Below are positions 9,361 through 18,323 of a stretch of 20,000 bases of DNA, in pieces. The first letter of the stretch is position 1. Each line of letters opens with the position of its first letter. The translations under genes and the position numbers were made by a program. The DNA lies in sequence record SRR31156797_2189. The stretch is one strand, 5' to 3'. The notes beneath the pieces were generated by a model. The model worked only from the letters and a program-made list of their open reading frames with translations, was not told the DNA's origin and did not search any database.

Positions 9361-9897
9361 CTACCGAAAGGTATCCTCTTTAAGGGATAAATATCCCTGA
9401 TGGATTGTGACATTCCCGACAAAGGGGGACAATTTGAGCGTCATTTGGTCGCCGCCCTGATCCCGGATATGGATCAAGCACGGTTCAAGGTAGCCTTTGT
9501 CGCTGAAACGTAACGAAAAAGCCCCAGAGGTTTTTTTTTCTGCTGCTGCAAAGGAAACATCTGTAAGTACCACTGAATCAGGAAATTGGAGGGTTGGGAG
9601 GTTATCTTGTTCATCATTTACAAGATCCTCTTCTCCAGGCACTTTTTTTTCGACAGGCAGCACCTTGAAACGGCGAGCCTGGGAATCATATTCTAAAAAA
9701 TAAGGTTGTGATGTGCGCACCGCCAACCGGGATGTCTGGGTAATCAGTAAGGTAAGTTTGCGGGCTGTCTGCTTAAGAGGGTCGCTGAAAACAAAGTTGG
9801 AAAAACGAGGCACGGCAAAGGCCATGGTTACTCCAATGAGCACCATGACCAATACCAGCTCGATGAGAGTGAACCCTCTCATGTTTTGAACAGTCAA
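9361..9897 (-). CDS. gspH: Minor pseudopilin GspH
   Basis: RG|FTLIELVLVMVLIG...AVPRF; follows gspG; start TTG 9897 or ATG 9882. Confidence 0.85.
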   Translation of the reverse strand: MTVQNMRGFTLIELVLVMVLIGVTMAFAVPRFSNFVFSDPLKQTARKLTLLITQTSRLAVRTSQPYFLEYDSQARRFKVLPVEKKVPGEEDLVNDEQDNLPTLQFPDSVVLTDVSFAAAEKKTSGAFSLRFSDKGYLEPCLIHIRDQGGDQMTLKLSPFVGNVTIHQGYLSLKEDTFR

Positions 9898-9925
9898 TTT
9901 ACTCCCTTAAACACACCACAAGGGT

Positions 9926-10390
9926 CTACTCGATTTCCCAGTTGTTAATATCAGCATCATTGCCATCACCGCCAGGTTCGTTATCCGGTCCGTAACTGAT
10001 CAGGTCAAACTCTCCGTTAAGACCTGGGCTTATATAGATAAAATCGTTGTCCCAAGGATCGGATGGAACCTTTCCCTTCTCCAAATAGCCACCGTCACGC
10101 CACCTCTTGGCCAGGCGACCAACAGAAGGCGGTTCAACCAAGGCCTGCAATCCTTGCTCGGTTGACGGATACTGCCCATTATCAAGCTTGTACAATTTTA
10201 GGGCTTGCTCAAGCGAACCAATCTGAATGGCCGCCTTAGTCCTTCTGGCTTCTTCCGGCCTGTCCATGATGCGGGGGACTATAAGTCCGGCAAGAATCCC
10301 CAGAATAACCATAACCACCATCAACTCTATAAGGGTGAAGCCCTGCTTGTTCCAAAGCCGTCTGTCCCCGGTACATTCCTTCATAAACAC
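9926..10390 (-). CDS. gspG: Major pseudopilin GspG
   Basis: QG|FTLIELMVVMVILG, ALKLYKLDNGQYPSTEQGLQAL, DPWDNDFIY and GDGNDADI; GTG start with GAGGAG RBS. Confidence 0.97.
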   Translation of the reverse strand: MFMKECTGDRRLWNKQGFTLIELMVVMVILGILAGLIVPRIMDRPEEARRTKAAIQIGSLEQALKLYKLDNGQYPSTEQGLQALVEPPSVGRLAKRWRDGGYLEKGKVPSDPWDNDFIYISPGLNGEFDLISYGPDNEPGGDGNDADINNWEIE

Positions 10391-10433
10391 TCTATACGCT
10401 CCTCATCACTCTCTAAAAAGTATCGGCGTGCAG

Positions 10434-13112
10434 TTAACGCTGCACCCACATACTCAAAATTCGACCGGTTCGCACAGTCAAATACCCGACCAGCAATCCC
10501 CCTGTCACACTTGTACCCACTGCCGACCATATCCCCATATGCAGAGCCAGCCATGAAAAAACGATAACCGGCAGCAACAACATTCTTACAATAAACCGCA
10601 TCCACGCCCTGGAGGCAATATAATCTGCCACAGGCGGAGAAACCGCATAATAAAAATCCACGAATTTCCTTCCCTGCTCAACCTGCAGGAGATATGCATC
10701 CCTGAAGTCACGAAGAACTTTCACCATGGGATGAAATACTGAGCCATAGGAAGCGGTGGCAATAAAACAGGAATCATCAGTCCTGAAAGTGAGTTCATCT
10801 CCGTAAAAAACGGTACCGCCAACGACGGCATACGCCCGCACATAAAAAGTTGTTCCAGGCTGGAGGTTTGTCAAAATTGAACTGTATCTGCCGCTCCCGC
10901 TCCCGTCTTCGGTTTCGCCTTCCTTCACAAAAGTGCTGGTAGATGAGGATCCAAAAAGCCCATCAGAGTCTCCTTCGCTGGTATCATCATCTGCTGCCAC
11001 GGCCTCGGCCACCAAAAAATTCCCGGTCGTCCGTAACATTTTTTCGAGCATGGCTGTTGTTGTATCCACGTTAACGGTAAATGCCACTGAAGAAACAGCT
11101 TCCTCTCCATCGCTGGTTTGACACCGCACATAATAAGTATAACTACCATCAGCGAGATCAGAAAGGTCTGTACTGTGGGTTGTGGTACTGGAACTGGTTA
11201 TTACTGTCATCGAGTCGAAATCGGCGTCTTCTCCTGAGTTATAACGACACGTACTTGAAAGGGAGGTAGTGGCAGAAAGGGTAACAGTCGCTGTCGTAAC
11301 TTCTTCGCCACTGCTCGGATTAGTGATGGTGACAGTGAATTCGTCATCGGACCCACTACCACTGCCCTTGTATTGCGGGTAAGGTGCAATATTGAAAACC
11401 ACACCCTTTGCGGTGACCGTCCCTAAACCGGACAAAATCTCTCCACCTGTCAAGGCACCGGTTCTGGTTACTTCACTAACCGGGATAGTACGAATATAAC
11501 TACTAGTTGCAGCTGCAAGAGAGGTAACAGTGGAGTCAGATAATTTTGTTACTGTCAGCGTCTCGGTGTCATTGCTGTCGGTAGAGGTTCCGACCACCAC
11601 CACTTCACCATTTTCCAGGACAGTCAGCGCGTTGCCAGCAGAATCACCATTTTCCGAGGCAAGAATCGTTACCTGTGCCTCATCGGATTCACTATCGGTA
11701 AGTTCTGCTGCTACAGCCCTACCAACGAAGAAAGAAGAAAGCTCATCAATAACTAAATGGAGTAACGATTGTATTCCTGAAATATCCTGAGGGCCTTCCA
11801 ACAAGGCAGTATCTGCATCGTTAATGCTGCCCCCGTCCTCACCATTTAAAAAGCTATCAAAAGAATCCTGCATCTGAATTTCCTGAGCATGTTCAGAAGT
11901 AGACCCATCTTCAAAGGTTCCGGGAACAACCTGCAAATCAGACACCTGAATTGGCTCCTCCAAGGCATCACCATTTTGATCTTGCTCAATGGTATCAACC
12001 GCATTACCGCCACTCAAGCTATAAGTCCCGACAAGAACATTACGAATCCCCGATCGGGTCGCAAACCCTGTAAAAGCAACCTTTGCGTCATTAAGTATTT
12101 TCACATCATACAAGGCATCATCTTCAGGCCCCGCATAAATTGAAACAACCCCAGAGCCATTAAAAGATGTATCTAGTACTCCATTTGCAGTAAAGCGAAA
12201 CAACTCCGCATCGAACTGATTGTCGTTTTCCACAGACGCCGCAAGGTATATTTGCCCTTCTTCTGTTGCTGTAATACCATAGCCCTCAGAGTTACCGACT
12301 ATGTCCGAAGCAACGGCAACGCCCTTGATGCCAAAGCTTGTATCAGTAACGCCATCGGCAGTCACCCCTACCAAAGCAAGAGATGTTTTTTGGTCTTCGG
12401 AGTATGAGCCAGAGATGACAATTCTACCGCTTTCCTGCACCAAAACACCTTCAGCTACTGCATCATCCCCAATACCGATCAGGCTTAACCCCTCTTCGCC
12501 AAAACCAGCATCCAAGGTGCCGTCATCATAAAAACGACCAACCACAATTATGCTTCCACTTGTCCCTTCAGCCACGCCCGCAATAATAATTTTATTATCT
12601 TGAGTAACGCCAAGCGCGGTAATCTCATCGTGACCGCTCCCAACCTGCATAACCACTGAGCCTTGGTCGCCAAAGCTGTTGTCAAGAGTCCCGTCTGGAA
12701 AATAACATGCCAGGGCAAAATCGCGATCCGTGTCACTTTCACTGTAGCCTGCAGCAACAATTCTTCCATCGGCAAGCAGGCCAACTGATAAAATTTCATC
12801 ATCCGCCAGCCCGATGGGTGTCACCACCCTACCGTCAAAATTAAATGACGGATCATAGCTGCCGTCTGCCAGGTAACGGATGAGCGAAAAATCCTGATCT
12901 GCAGTGCTGGACTTTGACCCGGCTACGATAATTGCTCCATCAGATTGTACAACAACTGCAAACCCTTTATTACTTATCCCCCCGAAGGACTCACTAATCT
13001 GCCCACTATCGCCAAAAGCAGTGTCTAGAGTATAGGCCCCGAACGCAAACTCAGTACAAAAAAGAAACACCACCAGTAAAATCCACCAGCTAAGAATATT
13101 TATTTTTCGCAT
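10434..13112 (-). CDS. Large secreted surface protein with delta-60 (DUF5122-type) propeller repeats, nested Ig/FN3-like domains and a CFI-box-CTERM tail
   Basis: Signal peptide (…EFAFG|A); six ~57-aa repeats starting DGxLDxxFgxxG plus a split seventh; LQPGTTFYVRAYA FN3 motif; C-terminal CFIATASYGS...VLRDFRDAYL...FYYAVSPPVA followed by hydrophobic segments and basic residues. Start moved to ATG 13112 (GGAG RBS). Confidence 0.9.
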   Translation of the reverse strand: MRKINILSWWILLVVFLFCTEFAFGAYTLDTAFGDSGQISESFGGISNKGFAVVVQSDGAIIVAGSKSSTADQDFSLIRYLADGSYDPSFNFDGRVVTPIGLADDEILSVGLLADGRIVAAGYSESDTDRDFALACYFPDGTLDNSFGDQGSVVMQVGSGHDEITALGVTQDNKIIIAGVAEGTSGSIIVVGRFYDDGTLDAGFGEEGLSLIGIGDDAVAEGVLVQESGRIVISGSYSEDQKTSLALVGVTADGVTDTSFGIKGVAVASDIVGNSEGYGITATEEGQIYLAASVENDNQFDAELFRFTANGVLDTSFNGSGVVSIYAGPEDDALYDVKILNDAKVAFTGFATRSGIRNVLVGTYSLSGGNAVDTIEQDQNGDALEEPIQVSDLQVVPGTFEDGSTSEHAQEIQMQDSFDSFLNGEDGGSINDADTALLEGPQDISGIQSLLHLVIDELSSFFVGRAVAAELTDSESDEAQVTILASENGDSAGNALTVLENGEVVVVGTSTDSNDTETLTVTKLSDSTVTSLAAATSSYIRTIPVSEVTRTGALTGGEILSGLGTVTAKGVVFNIAPYPQYKGSGSGSDDEFTVTITNPSSGEEVTTATVTLSATTSLSSTCRYNSGEDADFDSMTVITSSSTTTHSTDLSDLADGSYTYYVRCQTSDGEEAVSSVAFTVNVDTTTAMLEKMLRTTGNFLVAEAVAADDDTSEGDSDGLFGSSSTSTFVKEGETEDGSGSGRYSSILTNLQPGTTFYVRAYAVVGGTVFYGDELTFRTDDSCFIATASYGSVFHPMVKVLRDFRDAYLLQVEQGRKFVDFYYAVSPPVADYIASRAWMRFIVRMLLLPVIVFSWLALHMGIWSAVGTSVTGGLLVGYLTVRTGRILSMWVQR

Positions 13113-13240
13113 GAGCAAAGTCTCCATCTCGCTATTCAATTTACGGCTTTTTTTGCATCTAAAAGCAATAGTGATTTGCCGAGGTCACAATTTTCATTCT
13201 TGGATGGCCGAGTCAAAAAAGCATCGGCCTAAAACTATTA

Positions 13241-13256
13241 TGCATTTTTCACGCCA
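13241..13256 (-). promoter_or_regulatory. Candidate sigma-54 (-24/-12) promoter for the surface protein and gsp operon
   Basis: Minus strand reads TGGCGTGAAAAATGCA, i.e. GG-N10-GC with exact spacing, about 130 nt upstream of the ATG. A GGCCGA..TCGGCC hairpin (13206-13229) lies at the predicted 5' end of the transcript. Confidence 0.55.
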
Positions 13257-13398
13257 CTTAACACACACTAACAACACCTTTGCAGCACAAAAACCACCTT
13301 TCTTGGTTACCTCCATCCTGCATCGCTTGCCTGCTACCTATACTTTAAATCAACCATCCTTTTGGGCGTGATGGAATTCTCCAAAATCAATGAGGTCA

Positions 13399-14439
13399 TC
13401 ATTTCCCAAAACTGCAGACAGGATATTGACAATGCTTGCAGTTGCGACAAAGTCCGCCATGCCCCATTTCAGCAAGCTCTCTCCTGCCTATGGATTCGCC
13501 AGCCAGGATACGCGGCAAGACAAGATCTAACACTGTAATATGGTGAAACATGCCGCATGCCGGTACCCCTATGACAGGGACCTCGCCGATTCTCGCCACC
13601 AGAAACATCGCTCCCGGAAGAACCGGTGTTCCGTACACCATGTCTGACGCTCCTGCTTCCTTGATCCCCAACCGGGTAACATCATCAGGGTCAACCGACA
13701 TGCCGCCGGAGGTAACGATCAATTCCGCTCCCATTGCAAGACTTTTATGGATCTCCGCAGCAATATGCTGCGGATCATCAGGCGCAAAGCCAACGCTAAC
13801 GACTTCTGAATCCAGTGCCTTGAGTTTGTCCCGCAGGACCTGCTCAAAACGATCTTCTATTCTTTTATAATAAACCTCACTGCCAGTAATTACCAGTCCA
13901 GCTTTCACAGAACGCAGTGGCTGAACGCTGACAACCCCCTCCTCCAAGGTAGCTATGGAAACTGCCCGGTTGACCAGCCGCCTCCTAGCCACCAACGGTA
14001 TTAATCGAGTAGCCGCAACCTGTTCGCCCTTCTGCACAGGAGTGTTTGCCTGCAGAGTGGCACACATTACTTCCCCCAGCATATTAAATTGCAGCAAGGC
14101 CTCTTTATTTATTTTCAAAATGCCGTTACAAGCAGCCTTGAGCGCCATTTTTCCCTCAACAACTTCATCTGCAAATTCAATCTGGGAACCAGCTAACGCC
14201 TGTGCAAGCAACAGGCCTGCCTCATCTTCATGTATCTCTTCGGCAGTTAACTGCAAAACATAAATGTGTTCTTTACCGAGCCTCCGAAGGTGATCGATAT
14301 CTTCAGGCCGAATAATATGCCCCTTTTTAAAGGCACGTCCCTTAAATTCATCACGAACTATCTCTGTGATATCATGGGGGAGAACCATCCCTACTGCCTG
14401 CCCCACCGGGATACTTTTTTTATGTGATATATCAGCCAT
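13399..14439 (-). CDS. MoeA-like molybdopterin-binding protein with C-terminal Cys cluster
   Basis: AVGMVLPHDITEI...FKKGH N-terminus, VITGSEV, TSGGMSVDPDDVT, YGTPVLPGAM, GVPACG; ends GGLCRNCKHCQYPVCSFGK. Confidence 0.9.
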   Translation of the reverse strand: MADISHKKSIPVGQAVGMVLPHDITEIVRDEFKGRAFKKGHIIRPEDIDHLRRLGKEHIYVLQLTAEEIHEDEAGLLLAQALAGSQIEFADEVVEGKMALKAACNGILKINKEALLQFNMLGEVMCATLQANTPVQKGEQVAATRLIPLVARRRLVNRAVSIATLEEGVVSVQPLRSVKAGLVITGSEVYYKRIEDRFEQVLRDKLKALDSEVVSVGFAPDDPQHIAAEIHKSLAMGAELIVTSGGMSVDPDDVTRLGIKEAGASDMVYGTPVLPGAMFLVARIGEVPVIGVPACGMFHHITVLDLVLPRILAGESIGRRELAEMGHGGLCRNCKHCQYPVCSFGK

Positions 14440-14492
14440 CTAACCGTTCCAAATAAAGTTTTTCATCAACATTCCGACTCAAGAGAGCAAGG

Positions 14493-14519
14493 ATTATACA
14501 GACTACAGATAATTGTCAG
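14493..14519 (-). promoter_or_regulatory. Possible sigma-70 promoter for the molybdopterin-binding gene
   Basis: Minus strand CTGACA-N15-TATAAT about 55 nt upstream of ATG 14439; the spacer is shorter than optimal. Confidence 0.35.
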
Positions 14520-14899
14520 CGCCAACTCTACCTCTTACATTAAAAAAAGCAACTCCACATACGCATCCACAAGTGAGTTAAACAGCCCCCTGTTCATCTT
14601 CGTTTCTCACCAAAGGCATTACAGACACCTTTAAATCAGAAAACTGATAATTCAAGCCAATGTTTATGGCCTCTTTTCAGTCCTATGGTGTTGAATGGAA
14701 GAGTCAGGCTAAAAAACATGAGAAGTGGCACCGTACTGCTGGGTACCCTATGTCAAGTATACGGCAAAATAAACGCAGGAAAAAACACACAGCTGCGACG
14801 CCAGGCTCGGCAAAAAATAGTGACTGCATTCCCAGAGGATTGCTAAGCTATTTTCCCAAAACATAGGCTTTTTTTGTATGATGCGGCCCAGAGGCAGCG

Positions 14900-15699
14900 G
14901 TACACGCCCTTGATGACCTAGGGAAAGTGTGGATGAACATTGCTCTGGCACTTCTCACCCGAGGGTATAATGTCTGGCTGCTGAACTATCCCAATGGCCA
15001 CCCCATAACCGAGTCGAGTCCCTGTTTGCCAATGAGTTGCTTGGTCTCTGGGAGCATGGTGTTATCACCATCGACATTGTTGCCCACAGTATGGGCGGTC
15101 TTGTTCCTCCCGACCTGCCGACCAGCCAAAGTATGAATTACAATAAATTGCAAGCTGAAGACCGTGTGCCGAAAAGCAATACGCTTATAATGGTGGCCCC
15201 CCTAACCATGGATCACCGATTGCGCGCTTCCATTTACTTGGGGAAATCAGAGGCCATTTCGTCCGATTGATAAATGGCAGGACAAGGTGGTCGGATGCCT
15301 TTTTTGATGGTGCAGAAGAGGCTCAAATAGATCTTTTGCCAGACAGTGCCTTTGTGACGAAACTCAATCAGCGGCCACTCCCGAAGGAAGTTGATACTCT
15401 CATTATTGCGGGCATTTCGTCCCCCAGGGACAATAGCGACATCATCTCTGCAAAGGCCAATATTAAGGAAGTGGTCCCGGAATTTAGACAAGAGGTCGAC
15501 ATGATAGGGGGAATATATGCAGCCCATGATCAATGGCCTGGGCGACGGTCTGGTTACCGTTAACTCAACCCGCCTGCAAGGGATCCCCCATATTGCGAAA
15601 GGTACGCACCTGTCGATGATACGTAACATCGGCAAGAATAGCCAGGGCGTAGCGCTAGCTATCCCGGTTATCATAAAGAAGTTGGCAGAATCCAAGTGA
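14900..15699 (+). pseudogene. Frameshifted lipase/esterase-type alpha/beta hydrolase
   Basis: Four consecutive frame segments join into VHALDDLGKVWMN / LFANELL...DIVAHSMGGLV...LIMVA / PNHGSPIAR...DLLPDSAF / GLGDGLV...GTHLSMIRN. Frameshifts lie near 15020, 15200 (C run) and 15515; no intact 5' end. Confidence 0.85.
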
Positions 15700-15772
15700 C
15701 ATTGATCAAGCACCTTTCATCTGTTGCCAGCTGCTCCCAAAGTGTCAGCAGGGACCCCTTTTCATGCTCCCT

Positions 15773-16573
15773 TCATATAATATGTTGACGAATTTTTGTA
15801 ACCAGCAGCTCTGCTAAAATAACAACCGTAAAAATGCTCAACAAGATAACGGAAACCCTGTCCCAGTAAAAAAGATTAAGCGCCGTATCAAGTACCATAC
15901 CAACCCCTCCGGCTCCTACCAGGCCAATTACTGCTGATTCGCGTACATTAATATCCCACCTGAAAAGAAAAATAGCCCAGAATGCGGGAACAACCTGCGG
16001 CCAATATCCTTTCAAAAAAATGGACGGCCAAGGTGCTCCTGCGGCCGCCAGAGCTTCCACAGGGCCAGGATTCACCTCTTCAAGTGCCTCGGCAAAAAGT
16101 TTGCCCACAAACCCTACAGAACGAAATCCGATACATACTGTCCCTGCCAATGGACCCGGCCCAAAAATAGCAACAAACAGCAACGCCCACACCAGAGAAT
16201 TAACCGACCGGGACGACACCAGGATAAGCTTTGCCAGCCAGTTCAAGAGGGGCACGCGCACAATATTATTGGCTCCCATAATCCCCACAGGAATGGCCAA
16301 AACAATGGCAAGCAGAGTGCCAAGAGTCGCAATATGCAAGGTTTCCACCATAGCATGGTGAATACCGCCCGGATAATAGGCAAGATCCAGTGGCCACATT
16401 CTGCTCAGTAGATCAATTATCTGGGTCGGGGCGTCATAGAGAAACTCAGGAATGACCTCCACCGTGCGTAATGATGCAGAAAGAACCACTGCAAACCCAA
16501 GAAAAACAGCAAACCTGGCCAACCTCTCTGCCGGTGAAAACCTGTTCCATGTATGGCTGGGTGCAGTACTCAT
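15773..16573 (-). CDS. phnE: Phosphonate/phosphite-family ABC permease PhnE (second copy)
   Basis: ETLHIATLGT, GKLFAEALEEV EAA loop, RWDINVRESAVIGLVGAGGVG; ATGA overlap with the upstream permease. Confidence 0.93.
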   Translation of the reverse strand: MSTAPSHTWNRFSPAERLARFAVFLGFAVVLSASLRTVEVIPEFLYDAPTQIIDLLSRMWPLDLAYYPGGIHHAMVETLHIATLGTLLAIVLAIPVGIMGANNIVRVPLLNWLAKLILVSSRSVNSLVWALLFVAIFGPGPLAGTVCIGFRSVGFVGKLFAEALEEVNPGPVEALAAAGAPWPSIFLKGYWPQVVPAFWAIFLFRWDINVRESAVIGLVGAGGVGMVLDTALNLFYWDRVSVILLSIFTVVILAELLVTKIRQHII

Positions 16574-17361
16574 TGAAAAACCTTCTTAATCTGAACAGAG
16601 ATAAATTCACTAACCATTACCAGGCCAATGATCGATATAAGGATAGCGGCTAGAAAATCGTAATCAAACCGTTGGAATGCTGCAAAAAGCGTCCCACCTA
16701 TACCACCGGCACCGACAATACCGACCATTGTCGAATTACGTAAATTGGCATCAAATTGATAGGAAGAAAACCCAATGAAACGGTTGAGCACCTGCGGCAA
16801 TACCGCATACAAAATCACACTGATAAAGGGTGCACCGGAAGCACGCAATGCCTCAACGGGCTTAAGAGAAATTTCTTCAATGGCTTCGGCAAACAACTTG
16901 CCGATAAAACCGATGGAAGCAAATATAAGGGTAAGAATACCAGCCAAAGGGCCAAAACCGACAGCCTTGACAAATAATATTGCAAAAATAACAGGATGAA
17001 AAGACCGGCACAACGCAATAAGGGTTCGAAACAACCATGTGACCCACGCCGGCATAAGGTTCCGAGCAGCCAGGAGTCCAATCGGCAGCGAGAAAAAAAC
17101 GCCAAAAGCCGAAGCAATAACTGCAATCTCAATAGTTTCGATTAAATTTTCAACAAGCAACTTCCACCTGGAAAAATCGATCGGCACCATCTCGCTGAGA
17201 AACTGACCGCCGTTACCAATCCCCTGGATAAATCGAGTCCACGATACATCCAGATAATTCGCTGCATATAGTGCATAGAGAAAAGCCAAGGCCCATCCTG
17301 CTCGCACCCACCAGTTGGCCTTGAAAGGATTACCGTATTTTTGACTTGCAGCAGAACTCAT
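16570..17361 (-). CDS. phnE: Phosphonate/phosphite-family ABC permease PhnE (first copy)
   Basis: [35 protein letters not shown]; start moved to ATG 17361, which overlaps the phnC TGA. Confidence 0.93.
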   Translation of the reverse strand: MSSAASQKYGNPFKANWWVRAGWALAFLYALYAANYLDVSWTRFIQGIGNGGQFLSEMVPIDFSRWKLLVENLIETIEIAVIASAFGVFFSLPIGLLAARNLMPAWVTWLFRTLIALCRSFHPVIFAILFVKAVGFGPLAGILTLIFASIGFIGKLFAEAIEEISLKPVEALRASGAPFISVILYAVLPQVLNRFIGFSSYQFDANLRNSTMVGIVGAGGIGGTLFAAFQRFDYDFLAAILISIIGLVMVSEFISVQIKKVFQ

Positions 17362-18122
17362 TGCAGCCAATCCTCCCCCCCGTAAATATCTTTCAGGTGC
17401 TCATTGGTCAGCTCTGAAGGAGAGCCGTCGTAAACAATCCCCCCTTTAGATAAACCAATAACCCTGGAGGTAAAGCGTTTTGCCAGTTCCACATCGTGGA
17501 TATTTATAATAAGGGGAATTCCGCGCTCCTCGGACAAGGAAACAAGCAGCTCCATAATTTCCACACTGGTTTTCGGGTCCAGTGACGAGGTCGGCTCATC
17601 GGCCAAAAGTACATGCGGCTCCTGCATGACTGCCCGAGCAATCCCAACCCGCTGGCGCTGTCCCCCAGACAGGCTATCTGCACGCTGCCTGGAAAAATCA
17701 ATCAAACCAATTGATTCCAGCAGTTCGAATGCCCGGTCAATATCCTCTTGCGGGTATTTCCTCAGCCAGGCACGCCAGGGAGACACATAGCCAAGCCGGC
17801 CACTCAGGACATTCTCCATCACAGAAAGTCGCTCAACGAGATTAAATTCCTGAAAGACCATTCCTATCTTTCTTCTCGCCTGCCGAAGCGCTTTACCGTT
17901 CAGCTCGGTAATATTCTCGTCACTTACAAACACATTTCCCGCTGTGGGGGGAATAAGTTTATTGACGCAGCGAATAAGGGTGCTTTTTCCCGTTCCGGAA
18001 GGACCGATAATAGCTACACTGGCCTTGCCACTCACCTTAAAACTTATATCTTTTAACACCGGCTTGCCGACAGTGTATTCCTTTACCAGATTCTCTACCC
18101 GAATCGATTTTATGGACGCCAT
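17358..18122 (-). CDS. phnC: Phosphonate-family ABC ATPase PhnC
   Basis: Walker [59 protein letters not shown] 18122 with AAGG RBS. Confidence 0.95.
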   Translation of the reverse strand: MASIKSIRVENLVKEYTVGKPVLKDISFKVSGKASVAIIGPSGTGKSTLIRCVNKLIPPTAGNVFVSDENITELNGKALRQARRKIGMVFQEFNLVERLSVMENVLSGRLGYVSPWRAWLRKYPQEDIDRAFELLESIGLIDFSRQRADSLSGGQRQRVGIARAVMQEPHVLLADEPTSSLDPKTSVEIMELLVSLSEERGIPLIINIHDVELAKRFTSRVIGLSKGGIVYDGSPSELTNEHLKDIYGGEDWLQ

Positions 18123-18149
18123 TCTCAACCTTTATCAGCGGTCATGTAA

Positions 18150-18260
18150 TGCAAAACCGGCCAAACGTATTTGTGACCGGTTCTGCAAATAAAAGTGCAT
18201 CATGCCCTCTGTATCTATTAATGAGGCGTGATGCAGTAAAAAAACAGCCTACTGTTTTTT
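18150..18260 (-). terminator. Intercistronic stem-loops upstream of phnC, one terminator-like
   Basis: TGCAAAACCGG/CCGGTTCTGCA (18150-18187); TGCATCATGCC/GGCGTGATGCA (18196-18235) followed on the minus strand by CTTTTATTT; AAAAAACAG/CTGTTTTTT (18239-18260). Confidence 0.55.
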
Positions 18261-18323
18261 GGCCTTTTTCTTAGCAGCCTTAGCCGCATCTTTTTCAGCC
18301 ATCTTGTTCAGGCCAGCCTGATT
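18249..18323 (-). pseudogene. Probable 3' remnant of the ABC substrate-binding gene (phnD-like)
   Basis: Orphan frame NQAGLNKMAEKDAAKAAKKKAKKQ* begins exactly where similarity to G1P dehydrogenase stops and sits where phnD is expected, before the stem-loops and phnC. The phnD identity is inferred from position and tail character. Confidence 0.55.

Noticed and set aside
12000-13040. Delta-60 repeats as a nucleotide-level repeat array or CRISPR
   Set aside because: The periodicity is only at the protein level; the DNA copies are highly diverged and there is no repeat-spacer structure.
2-13371. Many plus-strand ORFs and alternative-frame minus-strand ORFs in the track (e.g. 397-837, 1327-1797, 4076-4582, 7090-7500)
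   Set aside because: They are shadows of well-supported minus-strand genes and show no motifs.
14440-14660. Moco/Wco riboswitch upstream of the molybdopterin-binding gene
   Set aside because: No recognisable conserved stems by eye and the likely leader is only ~50 nt; an Rfam cmscan would settle it.
14726-14740. TGGCACCGTACTGCT, a sigma-54-like motif upstream of the hydrolase pseudogene
   Set aside because: GG-to-GC spacing is 9 nt rather than the required 10; at best a decayed site.
15234-15713. 159-aa minus-strand ORF downstream of phnE
   Set aside because: It is antisense to the hydrolase pseudogene, whose catalytic motifs explain the region.
15773-18122. Phosphite oxidation (ptx/ptd) or C-P lyase cluster
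   Set aside because: No ptxD, ptd or phnG-M genes in the window; only transporter components are present.
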